A DNA stretch of 35,567 bases, from NCBI GenBank assembly GCA_016235455.1, contig JACRKZ010000038.1, forward strand, positions 1 to 35,567, written 5' to 3'. Every line of letters begins with the position of its first letter. Position 1 is the first letter of the stretch. Made by a program: the position numbers and the translations under genes. Below, piece after piece: positions 32,859 through 35,567 of this stretch. This DNA comes from Armatimonadota bacterium (GTDB lineage: Bacteria > Armatimonadota > UBA10988). Under the pieces are notes generated by a model. It saw only the letters and a program-made list of their open reading frames with translations. It had not been told where the DNA came from and ran no database searches.

Positions 32859-35567
32859 ATGTGTCTGCGTTTGCTCGCGTTCGTGCTGGCCTGTCTGAGC
32901 CAGCCCTTGGCGTCGCCCGCCGCGGTGCTGCCCATCGCCGGCTTCGAGAGCGACACCGACGGCTTCCAGGGCACGCTGGCCCGTGACGCCGTCGGTGCCT
33001 TCGCCGGCGCCGGCTGCGGCCGGCTCGACAACGCGGACAAGCCGTGGGTCGAAGCCACCAGACCGCTGGTCGAGCTGGACCGCGATTTCAGCGAACTGCG
33101 CTTTGCCGCGAAGTCGGCCACGGTGACCACCGTGACGCTGCGACTCATCGACAGCGCCGGCCACAACTACCAGCAGCGCCTGCCGCTGGTCGCCGACAAC
33201 ACCTGGCACGGCTTCCAGATCACGCAGTTCAACACCGGCCAGGCCTGGGGTGGCACCGCCGATGGCCGCTGGGTGCCGCCAGCCGTGTCCATCACCTTCG
33301 TCCTGGAGGCCAAGGGCGCGCTCTGGCTCGATGCCATCGAGGCCACACTGGGACCGCCGATCATCATCCCCGGCCGTGAGCCCGGCGAGACGCTCACCAT
33401 CGGTGATTTCGAGCAGGGGGCCGACGGCTTCGGCGGCGAACTCCGCGCCCAACCCACCGGCGGCAAGGTTGGCGCGGGCTGCGCCGTGCTGACCAACACC
33501 GACCGCCCCTGGGTGGAGACAGGCAAGTCGCTGGGCGACCTGGACCGCGACTTTGTGGACCTGCGCTTCTGGGCGCGCTCGGCCACGGTCACCACGGTCG
33601 CCCTGCGGCTCATCGATAGCGCCGGCCACAACTACCAGCAGCGCCTGCCGTTGGCCGCCGACGACGCCTGGCACAGCTTCCGACTGACCAAGTTCAACGC
33701 CGGGCAGGCCTGGGGCGGAAAGGAGGACGGCACCTGGGTGCCGCCGGCCAAGAGCATCACCTTCGTCCTCGAAGCCAAGGGCACGCTATGGCTCGACGGC
33801 ATCGAAGCCACACTGACCAAGGCGCGCCTGGCGCCGCCCTTCGCCGTGCGCTCCGGCCAGCCGGGCAACGTCTTCCTCGTCGGCCAGCCCGTAGCCATCC
33901 CCATCGTCACCCAGGCCACGCGGCTCGACTACACCGTCACCGACTTCTTCGGCCAGACCGTGGCCCAGGGCACCACACCGGTGGCCGATGGGCAGGCCAC
34001 GCTGTCGCCCGAGGTCAAGGCGCTCGGCCACTTCACCGCGCGGGTCAAGTGCCTCGGCGGCCCAGGCGATGAGCGCGAGGTCGACTTCGCCATCGTCGAA
34101 CCGCCCGCGGCCGCCACGGTCGCGGGTTCACCGTTCGGCGTGATGACCCACTTCGCCCAGGGCTGGGAGCTTGACCTGATACCGCTAATCACCCGCGCCG
34201 GCCTCAGCCGCGTGCGCGATGAGGCTTACTGGGACACGGTCGAGCGCCGGCGCGGCGAATATGACTTCTCGCGCTACGACCGCTACCTGCAGGCGTTGCG
34301 TCAGGCCGGCATCGAGCCGCTGATGCCCATGACCTTCGAGAACAAGCTCTACGACGACGGCAACACACCGCACACCGACGCCGGGCGCGAGGCCTACGCC
34401 GCCTACGGCGTGGCCCTGGCCAAGCATGTCGGGCCGGCGCTGGGCGCGCTGGAGGTGTGGAACGAATACAACGGCAGTTGGTGCAAGGGACCCGCCGCCG
34501 CCGACCGGCCCCGGTTCTACGCCGACATGCTCAAGACGGCTTACCAGCAAATCAGGGCCGCCGACCCCAAGGTCACCGTGCTGGGCAGCGGCGTCGTCAC
34601 CATCCCGCTGCCGTTCCTAGACGACCTGTTCCGCCACGGCGCCCTGGCCAACATGGACGCCGTGGTCATCCACCCCTATCGCGGCAAGCCCGAAGGCGTA
34701 GAGCAGGACATCGCCGCCTTGCGCGCGCTGATGCGGCGGTACGGCGGAGAGAAACCCATCTGGGCCACCGAGTATGGCTACATGGACAAGGACCGCCATC
34801 AGCCGACGGTGCCCAAGCTGCTCGTGCGCCACTCGGTGCTGATGCTGTCGCAAGGCGTGCAGCGCATGTACTGGTACCTGATGCGCGACTACAACGACTT
34901 CGTGGGCATGGGCCTCGTGCACGACCCGAAAGACCCACGCGGCGCCTACTCGCCCGCGCCGGCCTACGGCGCCATGGCCGCCATGGTGCGGCTGCTGGCC
35001 GGGGCGCGGTTCGTCGCCCGCGAGGCCGAGGAGTCCTACTCGCGCACCTATGTCATGCGCTTCGACCGCGGAGGCACGGAACTGCGCGTCTGCTGGGCCG
35101 CCAACCCCAGCCGCATCCGCCTGGATGGCGCCGACGGGCTGGTCAAGGTCGACCTGATGGGCAACCGCTCACCCGTGGTCACACCGGGCGGCGCAGTGGA
35201 GTTGGCCGTCGACGACACGCCGTTCTACCTGCTCGGCCGCGTGGCCAAGGTGAACGAGGTGCCCGGCCCGCTCCGCGTCGTAGCGGATTCCGCGGCCGAC
35301 TTTAGCACCAAGGCCCAGGGCGAATCGGGCTGGCACTACGGCTACTTCGACGCTAACCCGGGTCTGTACCAGCCCGCCGCCTTCCAGCCGTTCGAGGCCA
35401 AGGCCGACCAGTGGGGCGAGAAGTGGGCCGGGCCGATGCCCTTCCTCAGCGCCAGCGCCGACACGCTGCACCCGCAGGTGCGCGGCGGCAAGGCCGTGTG
35501 GGCCATCCGCCGCTGGGTGTCGACCGTCGCCGGCCAACTGGTGCTTCGCGGCCAGTTCGAGCGCGAC
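32859..35567 (+). CDS. Large exported clan GH-A glycoside hydrolase (GH39-like) with two N-terminal CBM-like domains; 3' truncated and absent from the ORF track
   Basis: Manual translation from ATG 32859 gives signal peptide MCLRLLAFVLACLSQPLASPA, duplicated domains, SPFGVMTHF, VRDEAYWDTVE..RGEYDF, LEVWNEYN (34458), IHPY, PIWATEYG (34761) and YWY. The frame stays open to the window end. Confidence 0.88.
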   Translation, partial: MCLRLLAFVLACLSQPLASPAAVLPIAGFESDTDGFQGTLARDAVGAFAGAGCGRLDNADKPWVEATRPLVELDRDFSELRFAAKSATVTTVTLRLIDSAGHNYQQRLPLVADNTWHGFQITQFNTGQAWGGTADGRWVPPAVSITFVLEAKGALWLDAIEATLGPPIIIPGREPGETLTIGDFEQGADGFGGELRAQPTGGKVGAGCAVLTNTDRPWVETGKSLGDLDRDFVDLRFWARSATVTTVALRLIDSAGHNYQQRLPLAADDAWHSFRLTKFNAGQAWGGKEDGTWVPPAKSITFVLEAKGTLWLDGIEATLTKARLAPPFAVRSGQPGNVFLVGQPVAIPIVTQATRLDYTVTDFFGQTVAQGTTPVADGQATLSPEVKALGHFTARVKCLGGPGDEREVDFAIVEPPAAATVAGSPFGVMTHFAQGWELDLIPLITRAGLSRVRDEAYWDTVERRRGEYDFSRYDRYLQALRQAGIEPLMPMTFENKLYDDGNTPHTDAGREAYAAYGVALAKHVGPALGALEVWNEYNGSWCKGPAAADRPRFYADMLKTAYQQIRAADPKVTVLGSGVVTIPLPFLDDLFRHGALANMDAVVIHPYRGKPEGVEQDIAALRALMRRYGGEKPIWATEYGYMDKDRHQPTVPKLLVRHSVLMLSQGVQRMYWYLMRDYNDFVGMGLVHDPKDPRGAYSPAPAYGAMAAMVRLLAGARFVAREAEESYSRTYVMRFDRGGTELRVCWAANPSRIRLDGADGLVKVDLMGNRSPVVTPGGAVELAVDDTPFYLLGRVAKVNEVPGPLRVVADSAADFSTKAQGESGWHYGYFDANPGLYQPAAFQPFEAKADQWGEKWAGPMPFLSASADTLHPQVRGGKAVWAIRRWVSTVAGQLVLRGQFERD
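32934..33815 (+). repeat. Intragenic tandem domain duplication (32934-33350 and 33399-33815, period 465 nt)
   Basis: Both copies encode I..FE...DGF.G.L, LDRDF..LRF.A.SATVTTV.LRLIDSAGHNYQQRLPL, GQAWGG..DG.WVPPA.SITFVLEAKG.LWLD.IEATL, with long identical DNA stretches. Confidence 0.95.

Overview
A high-GC bacterial chromosomal window. The '[33 protein letters not shown]' prepilin/H-X9-DG gene and the outer-membrane porins suggest an Armatimonadota-like diderm (inference). The left half is glycan and small-molecule metabolism: a DUF1559-like pilin divergent from an MFS transporter, a GH53 galactanase broken by an internal deletion, a tightly coupled MATE / GH5-like / deacetylase-like / APH(6)-like kinase operon, a Tat-exported sulfatase and a URO-D/MtaA-family protein. 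The centre holds tRNA-Lys(CTT), a GT2 resembling eukaryotic QTGAL/B3GNTL1, a multi-PAS hybrid kinase broken by a second internal deletion and a 1076-aa repeat surface protein. Next is a compact signalling module: two paralogous OprO/P-like porin genes, each preceded by an identical 18-bp sequence with a palindromic core, then a small helical protein, a stand-alone receiver, a soluble PAS kinase with a Cys-rich insertion and a sigma54 (NtrC-family) activator. The right end has an M50B peptidase, a second URO-D protein, folC, a metallophosphoesterase, trxB and a large clan GH-A hydrolase with duplicated CBM-like domains that runs off the window and is absent from the ORF track. Three genes look leaderless. 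No CRISPR array, rRNA, transposase or prophage gene was seen. All family assignments come from motif recognition by eye, not database searches.
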